A stretch of DNA of 57,149 bases from contig NW_021833627.1 of the NCBI RefSeq assembly GCF_006345805.1, positions 1 through 57,149 on the forward strand. Direction: 5' to 3'. How positions within the stretch are numbered: the stretch's first letter is position 1; each line of letters opens with the position of its first letter. The DNA comes from Octopus sinensis (lineage: Eukaryota). The position numbers and the translations under genes are program-made. This document shows positions 25,524 to 38,389 of the stretch, one piece after another. The notes beneath the pieces were generated by a model. That model worked only from the letters and a program-made list of their open reading frames with translations, was not told where the DNA came from and did not search any database.

Positions 25524-26944
25524 TCACGGTTGGGAAAGGGAGCATGACAGTTTAAATCTGCCTGCTTCCCCTTCTTCCGCTGCTGCAGGGCTCTTGACCG
25601 GCGTTGCCACTGGGCTCTGGGTGGGTGTGGTTGCCGGGGTTATTATCAGTTTGCCCTCCATTACCTCTTTGGTCACGTCTCTTATTAGACGGTTCCTCAG
25701 ATGTTCCTGAAGAACCTCCTCCTTCCACTCGTCCTCCCCTACCTTCGCGAAGCGAGCGGTTGCTTTCACATCTGTGGCTCTACTATACAATACAAATCTT
25801 GAAAATTTACAACACTTATACACTCTTTCGTTTTTCTCGTCGAAAGCTATGATCCTCTCGTTCTTCTGTAAAACTTTTTTATGTCTTGTTTTATGGGGAG
25901 GGGTTGGCAAACTGTTTTCCAATGAAAACAGTGCCATGGGGTAGGGTTGGGGGATTTGCTGGTGTGTGTGTGTCTGCTGTGTTTGCTGTTTTTTCTTTGT
26001 TTGGGGAGGGGAGTCCTGGGTATTATCTTTTTTTCTTTTATGAGTGACTTGTGTGTAGTCCATTGGTTCTGTATGGTCCGTTTTTGTTTCCGTACTTGTC
26101 TTCGTCTTTTTGTTGTCTTTTCCTGTTTCCTCCCCTTCAGTGTTAGGGACACTTTGAGGAGGCGCTTCTTCTGTTCTCTTCTTTTTTATACAATTTGATC
26201 GGACGTGACCCTTCTCTCCACACTTGAAGCATCTGGGTCTACGTCCCTCTACCGAAACTCTCATGGACGTACCGTCCTCATTGAAGATTCTATCGGGCAG
26301 GTTTTCTAGGATTTTGTTCTCCGCCTGCACGAGGAGCTCCAGGGTCTGACCCTTCCACCGCACCACACCTCTTTCCTTCTCATCTGCAGTATCGATATCT
26401 CTCGTTCAATGTTGTGCAGGACCGCCGCTGCTACCCACATGATGTCGTACCCTCTGGGTATGTCTTCTACCAGTAACTTCGCTGTACGCTTCCCCATGTA
26501 CGAGGGTAGCAGCATGATGTCGTCGTTTTTAGGGTCAACGACGACACCTCTCTCGCTACCTCGGCTGTGTCGAAATGTGCCTCGACTGTAGCACTGCGTG
26601 CACCTCTAACGACATGACGAATTTTGTCCCACACGGGGACAGGCACTTTTTTACCATTTCATTCTTTACATCCATTATCTTCTTCTCTTTGAACTGTATA
26701 CCTTGTAAATAACTATTCTCTCCTTAATCTCTTGTACTTTGCCTGCGGCGGTACAAGCCTTATCTCGCCTCCTTCCACTTTTACCAGGTTCCTGAATTCG
26801 TACAATTGTTCGATTTTTAAACTCGACATCCATCATGGCGCCGCCCACCGCGGCCGAGAATGACTGTTTGGGTACTTCCTTTTCCATATTTTCACTTTTT
26901 CCCATCACGGGAAAATCCTTCTTCGACGTCAAGTCGAAATCCAT
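25524..26944 (-). pseudogene. Tx1 ORF1 copy A (gag-like, zinc knuckle), frameshifted
   Basis: Starts MDFDLTSKKDF. Contains RCFKCGEKGHVRSNC and stops 28 nt before the ORF2 ATG. Confidence 0.85.
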
Positions 26945-27385
26945 CACCTCAAAGGTAATAAAAATGCAGGTAATACAAAATTTTCTGCCCCGTAGGGCGA
27001 AAATTACCGTTTTACAACGGGCACTGTTCAAAACAGTTAGCACAAACAATAGTAGCACAAATCCGAACTCTCTTAAATGAAGGCAGCAATTTTCTCACAA
27101 CGCAAATGAACAGTAACTCGAGACTAGAATCGAGAAGTTTTGAAGCGAGTGGGTATTTCTTTATTAAGATTATGAAAATCGATACACAGAAGGACAAATA
27201 CAGGACATACATACAAAAAACATTTAAGAGATTCGATTAAAAATTTTTTTTTGATTCATTAAAATAATATCCTTTACATGACCAGTATAACAACAACAGT
27301 AGATGAACTTGTAGTCTCACTGGAGTTTTACACCCCGGCAATTTATGAGGCCCTGCAGCTTCCACTTCCTCTCTCTCCTCCATGG

Positions 27386-30300
27386 TCAAGCTGGGTTTCT
27401 GACACCACCTTTTTTTCCACTTCCTTCCATCTTTTCTCATACCACCCCGCGGTAAGATCCTCTTTTCCAGCCCCATTTTGCTCTTCAGATGATATCTGAA
27501 GTAAGTGAGCAAGCTGGGGCCGGAGACAAAGGATCCTATCGCGGCTCCTTCCATTCTCGTTCTCCACATGCATTCCTTTACTACTGCAACCGTGCAGTGA
27601 AAACATGCCTCACCTTCCTTCGAGAGTCCAGTTGGCGGTATCATCTTAATCATAGACTCAGCCGACAGCTGTACTCGTCCCAGATGCGATAACACGTGTT
27701 CTGCGTAACTTATCAAGTCGGACAACTTCCGACAGTGAACAAAAGCGTGCTGGACGGTTTCATCGTCCAACTCGCACCTTGGACACGTCGGTGGCACTGA
27801 AACTCCGTGCCGCGATAACTTCTCGCGAACAGGTAAAGCATTCCTATAGCACTGCCAGGCCAGGGATCTTTGGAAATTATCCAAATACCCCGACCTGAAA
27901 GTTTTTTTTAAACAGGTTGGCAAGCTGGTCTTCATCAAACCCAGAGCCCCTCCTAGGACGTCGTCGTTTTTTGCCTCTACCAGCCCCTATAAAATACCGA
28001 GGTGGTATTTCCGCAGCCGGCCTTGCCCGCCTTGTGGATCAGCGTGAGTGCCTGTCGGCACTCCTTTTGCCATGGAGTCAGTTTCCATCTTTTGATGTAA
28101 CCGGGTTTAAAATTCACTAAGGAGGCCGGTCTCGGGAAAAATCCCCTGCCAGCGGACTCCACACCTTATCACCTCCAGGTGGTGCCAGAGATGCCTTAGC
28201 CTCAACGCATGTCTGCGCATCACAACCAAGGCATTCCTAGCCCACCCTTTAACGGTTCCTGGCAGCAACGGAGCGCCTCACAAGTGGCCTTCCTCCTTTC
28301 CACAAAAAGCGGAAAAGGATTCGCTCCAACTTGTTAAGCCATGAATCGGGGCAAGGGACAACGGTCAGGCGGTAGGTGATTACAGATGCAATGAACATCT
28401 GCACCACCTCCGCCCTTTCCTTTCAAGGACAGAAACCTTCCGGACCAGGTCCGTACTATGGCTTCCACCTTGCTTGTCACCTCACTCCAGTTCTTCCCGT
28501 TTTGGGGTCTGGCCCAAACCAAACTCCCAGCAACTTAACAGGGCCATCCGTCCAGTGTCCCACGACACTGGACGATATCGACTTGCTCCTCCAGGTGCCG
28601 AGGCGCAAGCCAACCGATTTGTCCTTGTTAACCTTTGCTCCTGCCACCGCCTCGTATCCTCTGATAGCCTCCTCTACACAGGTAGTTGGGCCTCTTTGGA
28701 CACGATGAGGGTGACGTCATCCGCATAAGCAGTAACCGTCCTCCCACCTCCGATTTCATCCGAGTTACTCCCAGCCTCTCCAACTTTCGCAGCAATGGCT
28801 CAAGAGCCAATACGTACAAAAGTGGTGACAAGGGGCACCCCTGACGCACTGAACACTCGATCGAAAACGGTTCCGTTAGGTAACCGTTTATCTGGACGGT
28901 GGACTTGATGCCGCTATACATAGCGGAGATCCACCCGCGAAATACAGGGCCCAGCCCAGCCGCTTCGAGGACCGTCGCCAGGTACCCATGGTCTACCCTA
29001 TCGAAGGCTTTACTTTGGTCTAAATGGACCATTACCCCGCCTTTGCCGGCTAATTTACCCACCCTATCTAAGGTGTAGCGTATAAGGTGAAGGTTGTCCT
29101 GGATCGACCTGCCTGGAATTGCACATGTCTGTGCTCTCCCTACAAGTTTCTCCACGACAACCGTCAACCTTTTTGCCAACACCTTGGCCAAAATCTTTAA
29201 CTCTACATTAAGTAGAGTTATGGGCCTGTAGTTACTGATGTTATCCCCCTTGCTCGGGTCTTTCTGGATTAGCGTCACCACTCCCCGGCTTACAGAACTG
29301 GGAATTCTCCCATTCTGCTGCCAGTTTGTGTAGACGCCCGCCAGTATTCCCCCGAACAAGTCCGGCATACTTTGGTAAAACTCGTAGGGCAGACCATCCA
29401 ACCCCGGCGACTTCTCCCCGGCGCATCCGGCCAGTATCTCCCTTATCTCCGCGGGAGTGATCGCTCCTTCACAGCACTCCACCTCACGCCCCGCGAGCCG
29501 CGGTCCGCCGGCTAGGAAGTCCTTTAAGGCCCTCCCCCGATCCAGCGAAACCACCACCCCGAACACGCGAGCGAAATGCTGGTGAAGAAACTTTTGCATC
29601 TCCTCCTGTCCATAGATCTTTTGTCCCTGTTCGTCAGTCAAAGATTTGATTGAGGCTCTGTTGCCTCTCTGACTCTCCACACGACGGGCCCATCCGGCCA
29701 CGTTAATACCTTCTCGTTTCCCAGCGCGTAGCTTAGCTCTGACTCTGCAACCTTCGTGTTTGGAGTTAAGGTGACGGTACAATACCGTCCTTGCCGCCAA
29801 CACTCCGGATGCAGAGCCAGCTTCCATTGCCTCGTCTAGATTCTTAACTAAATCGCCCTCTAGACTAGCCCTATCTATCCTTAGCTGATTGCTAAATCTA
29901 ACGCACTCTAAACGAATGGCTCTTTTGAGGGCGTGCCACCATCTATTGTTAATGATGGTGCCACACAATGCCCTCTGAACTAACACCTTAATCCGGTACG
30001 GAAGTCTTCACAATTCAAAATAGCCTTGTTCAGCTTCCAGTACCCCGGTCCCTGTCTATGACACTTGTCTAATTGCACCTCACACGTCACAAATTTGTGA
30101 TCCGAGTAAGGTACAATATGAAATTGTGGACAACTAAACGTATCCTTATCTCTTTTCTAATAAATATCCTATCTAGATACGATCTGTGTGAGCCGTCGTT
30201 GTTACTCCACGTCCACTGTGGAACGCTCGGCTCATCCAGTCGGTAACGGTCCACTAGATCAAAGCTCTCTAGTAGACCCTTGAGGCTAGGGTTCCCTTCC

Positions 30301-30761
30301 TATTGGTTGAGCCAACATTGTCGATGTGCGCTTCAAGGACAGTGTTAAAGTCCCCTACTAGGATTACTGTTTCGACGTCGCTAAAAAGGGCTCCAGGTTC
30401 CGAAAAAACCCGTCTGTCTACCCTCGTTCGGGGCGTAGACAGCTACCAACCTGAAGGACTGTTTACTTACGTGAGTCACATCCAGGACAACCAGCCTGCC
30501 TTCTGGGTCCAGAAAGACAGTACTTACCTGCAAGTCCAAGCTCTTCCTGATGAAGACTGCCACGCCTCTGCCTCTTCCTCGGCTAGGAGAAATAAATTTC
30601 TCGAAACCATTTAGAAGAGGCGAGAACGCTTGGGTCTCGCTCATCTTGGACTCGGTTGCAATAGCAATATCTACACCGTGTGTTGTGAGGTCGTTCAGGA
30701 AACAAATTTGTTTCCGTTTCGACCCCATTCCACGTACATTTATACAACCCAGCTTAGCCAT
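27386..30761 (-). pseudogene. Tx1 ORF2 copy B, frameshifted
   Basis: Continuous 452 aa RT segment at 28628-29986. ATG at 30761. Confidence 0.9.
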
Positions 30762-30789
30762 TGTGGGTGAGAGAGAAACATAAAAGTAC

Positions 30790-32202
30790 TCACGGTTGTG
30801 AAAGGGAGCATGACAGTTTAAGTCTGCCTGCTTCCCCTTCTTCCGCTGCTGCAGGGCTCTTGACCGGCGTTGCACTGGGCTCTGGGGTGGGTGTGTTGCC
30901 GGGGTTATTATTAGTTTGCCCTCCATAACCTCTTTGGTTACGTCTCTTATTAGACGGTTCCTCAGATGTTCCTGAAAGAACCTCCTCTTTCCACTCGTCC
31001 TCCCCTACCTTCGCGAAGCGAGCGTTGCTTTACATCTGTGGCTCTACTGTACAGTACAAATCTTGAGAATTTGCAACACTTATATACTTTTTCATTTTTT
31101 CTCATCGAACGCTATTATCCTTTCGTTTCTGTAGGCACTTTTTTATGTCTTGTTTTATGGGGAGGGGCTTGGCAAACTGTTTTCCACTGAAAACAGTGCC
31201 ATGGGGGTAGGGTTGGGGGATTTGCTTGAGTGTGTGTGTCTGCTGTGTTTGCTGTTTTTTTCCTTGTTTGGGGAGGGGAGTCCTGGGTATTCTCTTTTTT
31301 TCTTTTATGAGTGACTTGTGTGTAGTCCATTAGTTCTGTGTGTCTGTTTGTTTCCGTACTTGTCTTCGTCTTTTTGTTGTTTTTTCTGTTTCCTCCCCTT
31401 CAGTATAGGGACACTTTGAGGAGGCGCTTCTTCTATTTTTTCTTTTTAATAATTGGATCGGACGTGACCCTTCTCTCCACACTTGAAGCATCTGGGTCTA
31501 CGTCCCTCTACCGAAACTCTCATTGACGTACCGTCCTCATTGAAAATTCTGTCGGGCAGGTTTTCTAGGATTTTGTTCTCCGCCTGCACGAGGAGCTCCA
31601 AGGTCTGACCCTTCCACCGTAACCCCTCTTTCCTTCTCATTTGCAGTATTGATATTTCGTTCAATGTTGTGCAGGACTGCCGCTGCTACCCCCACATGAT
31701 GTCGTACCCTCTGGGTATGTTTTCTACTAGTAACTTAGCAGTACGCTTCCCCATGTACGAGGGTAGCAGCATGATGTCGTCGTTTTTAAGGGTCAACGAC
31801 GACACCTCTCTCGCCACCTCTGCCGTGTCAAAGTGCGCTTCGACCGTAGCACTGCGTGCACCTCTCACGACATGACGAATTTTGTCCCACACCGGGACAG
31901 GCACTTCTCGACAATTTCGTTCTTCACATCCATAATCTTCTTTTCTTTGAAGCTATATACCTTGTAAATCACAATTCTTTCTTTGATCTCTTGTACTTTT
32001 GCCTGCGGCGGTACAAGCCTTATTTCGCCTCCTTCCACTTTTACTAGATTCCTGAATTCATACAATTGTTCAATTTTGAATTCGACATCCATCATGGCGC
32101 CGCCACCGCGGCCGAGATGACTGTTTTGGGTACTTGTTTATCCTTATTTTCACTTTTTCCCATCACGGGAAAATCTTCCTTCGACGTCAAGTCGAACTCC
32201 AT
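30790..32202 (-). pseudogene. Tx1 ORF1 copy B, frameshifted
   Basis: MEFDLTSKEDF...RCFKCGEKGHVRSN. Confidence 0.85.
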
Positions 32203-32408
32203 TTCAAAAAAATTACCTCCAGGTAACAAAAATACAGTTAATACAAATTTTCTGCCCCGTAGGGCGAAAATTACCGTTTTACAACGGGCACTGTTCAAAA
32301 CAGTTAACACAAACAATAGTAGCACCAATCCGAACTCTCTTAAATGAAGGCAGCAATTTCTCACAACGCAAATGAACAGTAACTCGAGAACAAAATTTTT
32401 GAAGCGAG

Positions 32409-32520
32409 TGGTGTTAACGATAAATGCGATCGCTCTTTTATATATGGCGATGATGGTTTTGGGAAGGGGGGGCATAGAGAACCATGGCGATGATGGTTAT
32501 GGGAAGGGGGGACATAGAGA
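32409..32520 (-). promoter_or_regulatory. Putative Pol II promoter: two 40 bp upstream repeats, TATA box, initiator-like start
   Basis: Minus strand TATATAAAAG at 32444-32435, preceded by the tandem 40 bp motif (32444-32480, 32484-32520). ACACCACTC follows ~30 bp downstream. Confidence 0.5.
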
Positions 32521-32682
32521 GAGAGAGAGATGGGGTTAGTTAGAGAGAGAGGTCAAGGGACACGTGACAATAAGCGGTGTGAGGGAATTTGACTGGGGAG
32601 CATTGTCGATAAATAAACATTAGAAAATAGGTTTGAAAATCAGAAAAATCAGAGGGAATATCATTATTGATAGCTAATATAA

Positions 32683-33013
32683 CACCGTGTCTGAGTAAAG
32701 AGGTTCTGTTAATCGTATGAGCTAGCAAAGGGTTTGTATGAATCGGGAGACAACACTAAACGAAAATTGAAAAATCAGAGTGGCTATGAACCTGTAGACA
32801 AGTCTAAACGAAAAAAAAAATGTTTGAGCTAGACAGGGTAATGAGGGAATACTGAAAGAATGAGGGACAATACAATGAGATGGAAATTGAAGAATAGAGA
32901 AAGAATAAAATAAGTGCAAGAAAGAAGGTAGTCGTAGCGAGGTTAGACGATTCACTTAACTTTTAGCCATTCATGATCTGTGCGTATTCTTTAGATATTT
33001 TGAAGCGAGTGGG
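32683..33013. repeat. Block X copy 2 with unoccupied Tx1 target
   Basis: Direct repeat of 21546-21880. The target TTTTGAAGCGAGTGGG at 32998-33013 is followed by GTGGTTAACGATAAAT, as at 32411-32425. Confidence 0.95.
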
Positions 33014-33047
33014 GTGGTTAACGATAAATATAACGATATATATATAT

Positions 33048-33079
<32 letters not shown>

Positions 33080-33919
33080 ATATATATATTATCATCATTA
33101 TATTACTCTAGAGGCCTATTTTCATTTAAATATAATATGAATGATTTCAACAATATTTTCACTAAAAAATCTTAATTTTGAATTTATAGTGTTTTTTTGT
33201 TCTGTTTTATTTTTGAGACTGATTTTTTTTTCGGCTTCATTGTGGAATTTATTTTTGATTCTATTATGAAAAGAGTAAATCTTTAATTTCTCTGCAAAAA
33301 AATCTAACTTGTAAAAGCTAAACTTAACCCCATCACAGATTAAAATTCCATGAATACTTTCTTGTTTATTGCTCTTTTTGTCATTCTCTTTTCTTTTATT
33401 CTTTTAGTGCTTGTCTGTTTATTCTATTATTTGTTTATATACAGAAATCATTGAAAATCCATTTTGAACTTGGATTTTTTATTGGAAAATTATAATTTTC
33501 ACTTGGGATTATTTATTGCTAATCTGACATTTGTTTTGTTTTAATTCTTCATGTTTGTTTGCATTTTCTTTAAAAAAAAAGTCCATATGGTGCTTCTATT
33601 AATTAAGAACTACTATTATATATGTATCCACACTGTCATATTAATATACTTCTGTACTCTTTCTGTCTCTCTCATTCCTGCTGTATTAACTGACTTTAAT
33701 TACATTTAGAAATAAGATATTTTGTAGGCTCACATCAAATTTTACCATTATTTTGACATTCACCACTCACTGTTTTACTTCTATATTATTCTTATACATT
33801 GTTTTCACGTTTACAATATTAACATTAGTTGTAATGCCATTTACCTACATATTACATACAAATCTCCAAGTATAATATGCCCTTTTCTTCAACAAAATAA
33901 GGATTAAATACATATTTTT

Positions 33920-34360
33920 TCCTTTTAGTCAGGAGGAGCGGGCAGGTTGAATTGGATTGTAGAATTTCAGGCACTGGCACTATAGTACTCCAGCTTCAGC
34001 ATTTGATCCTCAGAAGAGGAGAGGTTGATAAAAAAGCCAGACTCATCGTCTTTAATTCAGTTTTTATAGCTTTCCTCGTTTAAGATTGACTGTACAATCA
34101 GGAATACAAGTGGCCAAAATGGGGTTACCATGAAAGATGTCTAGAGTGATGTTACTTGATGGTGCACAACTCAGAGACCAAAGAATCTCTCCAGGTCAAC
34201 TTGCTACTTATTCCATATTGGAAGGTCACAGCTCTGATACGATGGACATGTGGTTTGAATATTACAGGAAATAATCACAAGATGGATTCTTCAAGCTGAG
34301 CTAACCAGCAGGAGACCAGGGGATAGACCAAGAACAAGATGCTTGAATACATCCAGCTGC
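33920..34360 (+). mobile_element. Highly degenerate RTE-like C-terminal remnant
   Basis: Translates to ...RRGEVDKKARLIVFNSVF... and ...GHVV...RRPGDRPRTR. Confidence 0.55.
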
Positions 34361-35049
34361 AAAGTATAATAACAGTTGCTTTGTATAGAATCTTACTATA
34401 GAGGTGATTGAGGACTGTACTCCCAGGAATAGGGGGCAGCGAAAATGGATGAATGCATGGATGGGAAGGCTGTACCCATGGCTTTTTACAGAGACTTTGT
34501 AACTTAGTAGATGTTGGCATGGGGGTCGATATCCTTTAACTGGAAACCCAATCTGAATACTTCCAACATAGTTGACTGTATTAAAGGGACCTAAGGGATC
34601 CAAGTAGTGTGGATCCAAGCAGCCAGTTAAGTCTACCATCCAAAGAGACCCTAGTGAAATTTGAATTCATACTGCAAAGAGTGAGAATAAATACTACAAA
34701 GCATCTAGTCCAGTGTTCTTACTCTGCCACCAGTTCTCTCCCCTGGATTGTTACGTTTTTATAGACACTGAAAAGAAAAAAGATTTTGATGGAATTTAAA
34801 TCACATGACTCAGAAAGTCGAAAACAAATTCTATGAAACATTCTATCCAGTACTTTCATGACTCTTTCAATCAGCAACGAAAAGAATACTATTTGCATAA
34901 TATATGGTATTATAAGGTCCCTCTAACTTAGTAGTTTGGCAAAAGACACCAGGCTTAGAAAAAAATATAGACTTGCGGGCCAATTTGTTGGACTAAAATC
35001 CTTCAATGTGGTGCCCTACCATAGATGCAATCTAATGATTGAAAAAAGA

Positions 35050-35050
35050 A

Positions 35051-35122
<72 letters not shown>

Positions 35123-35144
35123 ATATATATATATATATATGTAT

Positions 35145-35175
<31 letters not shown>

Positions 35176-35383
35176 GGATATATATATATAGTATATATAT
35201 AATGTATATGTAGATATTATATATATATATATATAGATATATATATATGTATATATTATATAATATAATGTATATATATATGTATATAGTATATAATATG
35301 TATATATATAATATATATGTATATATATATATATATGTATATTTATAATATATATATAATAGATATATATATATATATATGTA

Positions 35384-35415
<32 letters not shown>

Positions 35416-35446
35416 GTATATATATCATATGTAATATATATATATG

Positions 35447-35479
<33 letters not shown>

Positions 35480-35579
35480 GTATATATATGTATATATATA
35501 GTATATATATATATAGTATATATATTATGTATATATATGTATATATATATGTATATATATATGTATAAATATATATATG

Positions 35580-35648
<69 letters not shown>

Positions 35649-35680
35649 GGTATATATATATGTATGATATATATTCATCA
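35050..35680. repeat. (TA)n/(TATG)n microsatellite array
   Basis: Direct inspection. Confidence 0.95.
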
Positions 35681-36654
35681 TCATCGTTTAGTGTCCGCCT
35701 TCCATGTTAGCGTAGGTGGAACAGTTTCACAAGAGCCAGCCAGGAAGATATATATATATATATATATATACATAGAGATAGAGAAAGAGAGGGTTAGATA
35801 CATACATATGTAGTGCATTGTATACATGACTGTTCTAGCTTTATAATTTTTCCTATCTTTGTATGATTCCTTTGCAAATCTGTATCATGTAGCAAACTTT
35901 CTGAGTCCATTACAGAGTTGATGTGCAATACAGTTGTTATTGTTGGTGGTGGTGGTGGTGTTGGTGTTGTTGTTTAGCCCAAGGTAGGGTCCAATGAGCA
36001 AAGCTGTGGTGAAAGGCATTCCAGTCATAATCTTCCAACCAGTTTCTCCTTTTGTATCTCAGATTGCATTATCTGATGTATTCTTCCATTTTCAAAATAG
36101 ATGACTGAGATTTGAAAGAGATTTAATTGCTATATCAAGCAGATCAAAACCCTGCTGAAGCTCCTTCCTTATGATATAGCTGTTGTTATTGTTTAAACCC
36201 AGATTGGCCTTAAGTAGACCTATGATCAAAGGCATTCCAGCTATTGTTATCCCAAGGTATACCTAAAACTAGATTATTTATTGCCCTCTTATTGAAGCTA
36301 AATCTTCAAATTACCTTCTGTGTGATTTGAGGGAGATTTAGCTGTTGTTATTACTAGCCTGAATGTTCATCTGGAACTTCCCTTATAGCTGACTGTAATA
36401 TTAATGATGAGGTTATGAGGTATAATTAAAATGTAGGGTGTTTTGGAGGTTTCAGGCCAGGTATTGTAGAGGTATTAGGGATAGACAGACAGGTGTATTA
36501 TTTACAAAAAGGGCATTTGAATATGTTAGGCTGGATGGAGCTAGAGTCTAAGGAATTTATATATATATATATTATATTAAATTAGAGATAAAACCACTAT
36601 TAGGCAAATCAAACAGTGAAAATCATAAGCCATATATGTATGTATATATATATA

Positions 36655-38088
36655 TCATCATCATCGTTTAACGTCCGTTCTCCATGCTAGCATGGGTTGG
36701 ACGGTTCGACCGGGGATCTGGGAAGCCAGAAGGCTGCACCAGGCTCCAGTCTGATCTGGCAGTGTTTCTACAGCTGGATGCCCTTCCTAACGCCAACCAC
36801 TCCATGAGTGTAATGGGTGCTTTTTACGTGCCACCTGCACAGGTGACAGGCGAGGCTGGCAACAGCCACAATCGGATTGGTGCATTTTATGTGCCACCAG
36901 CACAGAAGTCATTCTAGGCGGTGCTGGCATCGGCCATGTTCAGATGGTGCTTTTTACGTGCCACCGGCTCAGAGATCACAGCTGCAGTTTCCATTGATTT
37001 TGATGTCGGTGTACTTGACTCAGTAGATCTCCTCAAGCACAGGGTCGAAATGGTGTTTCTTCACTTGCCACCTGCACAGGAGTCAGTCCAGCGGTCCTGG
37101 CAACTGCCGGGTGCCAGTCATAGGATTGGTTCAATTTCGATTCCGATTTCGATTTCACATGCCCCAACAGGTGTTCGCAAGCAGAGTTTAGTGTCCAATG
37201 AAGGGAGGTTGGCATGGGTGCCTGTCGTCGGATGAGGTTCGATTTCGACTTCGCTTGCCTCAACAGGTCTTTGTGTGTCCAAGGGAGGAAAGACATGCAT
37301 AAGTGGGCTGGACTCACTTGTCCTGCCTGGTCTTCTCACGCACAGCATATTTCCAAAGGTCTCGGTCGCTGGTCATTGCCTCGGTGAGGCCTAAAGTTCG
37401 AAGGTCGTGCTTCACCACCTCGTCCCAGGTTTTCCTGGGTCTACCTCTTCCACGGGTTCCCTCAACTGCTAGGGATTGGCACTTTTTCACACACCTATCT
37501 TCATCCATTCTCGCCACATGACCATACCAGCGCAATCGTCTCTCTTGCACACCACAGCTGATGCTTCTTAGGTCCAACATTTTTCTCAAGGTACTAACAC
37601 TCTGTCGAGTATGCACACTGACATTACACATCCACTGGAGCATACTGGTTTCATTCCTCGTGAGCTTACGCATGTCCTCAGCAGTCACGGCCCATGTTTC
37701 ACTGTCATGTAGCATGGCTGTTCGTACACATGCATCATACAGTCTGCCTTTTACTCTGAGCGAGAGGCCTTTTGTCACCAGCAGAGGTAAGAGCTCCCTG
37801 AACTTTGCCCAGGCTATTCTTACTCTAGCAGTTACACTTTCAGCACACCCACGCCCACTACTGACTTGGTCACCTAGGTAACGGAAGCTATTAACTACTT
37901 CTAGTTTTTTCCCCTGGAAAGTGACGGAAGTTGTTTTCTGCAGATTTTCAGTGTTTATTGCTCCTGAGCATCTGCCACATACAAAAACTATCTTCCCAGT
38001 TAGCCTTCCTTTGACATTGCTGCACCTCTTATGTGTCCATAGCTTACACTGGGTACATCTTATTGAGTTTCTACCTACACCTTTTCTA
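36655..38088 (-). mobile_element. 5'-truncated RTE copy, same family as 17698-21545
   Basis: ORF 37314-37778 is nearly identical in protein to 18210-18674. Has the (GAT)n tail, but the middle of the 3' UTR differs. Confidence 0.92.
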
Positions 38089-38389
38089 TGAGGGTAAAGG
38101 AAGAGGTCTTCAGGGGCTTCAAAGTTTTGTTCAGTGTGTGTTTTCTTCTTAAATATTACATTTGTTACAAAGGAAAATTTTGACTGTTACTTTGAAGTTT
38201 TGGTTATGTAGCCATCATCAAACTGCCTAATGAAAGCTTCTATGGTGAAACTTTTCAGTCACTATCAACCTTAATGTATTCTGCTAACACAAAAGCAAAT
38301 GGAAGCCCAAAATGATCTCTTTGCTTGCCAAGACATTTGACTGTGTAAACTTCAGGGTGTTCATCACATCTTAAACATTTGTGTTATAT

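Larger units (their letters stand above)
21881..27137 (-). mobile_element. Tx1-like (L1 superfamily) LINE, full-length copy A
   Basis: ORF1 has a CCHC knuckle and ORF2 has APE-RT-zf. The 3' end is AATAAAGAAATA with no poly(A). Bounded by 16 bp duplications at 21865-21880 and 27138-27153. Confidence 0.95.
27154..32396 (-). mobile_element. Tx1-like LINE, full-length copy B, head-to-tail with copy A
   Basis: Same architecture as copy A. Bounded by 27138-27153 and 32397-32411. Confidence 0.95.

Noticed and set aside
21881-32396. Tx1 tandem as a haplotype or assembly duplication
   Set aside because: Synonymous-biased ORF1 divergence, distinct 3' UTRs and distinct 5' junction sequences indicate separate copies. 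Read-level confirmation is still advisable.
21546-33013. X blocks as LTRs of an LTR retrotransposon
   Set aside because: There is no TG...CA, PBS or PPT, and the internal content is two APE-type non-LTR elements.
34936-34950. TTTGGCAAAAGA (FGKR) as the missing THUMPD3 exon
   Set aside because: It lies within a SINE-like repeat, lacks the Pro codon and has no proper splice sites.
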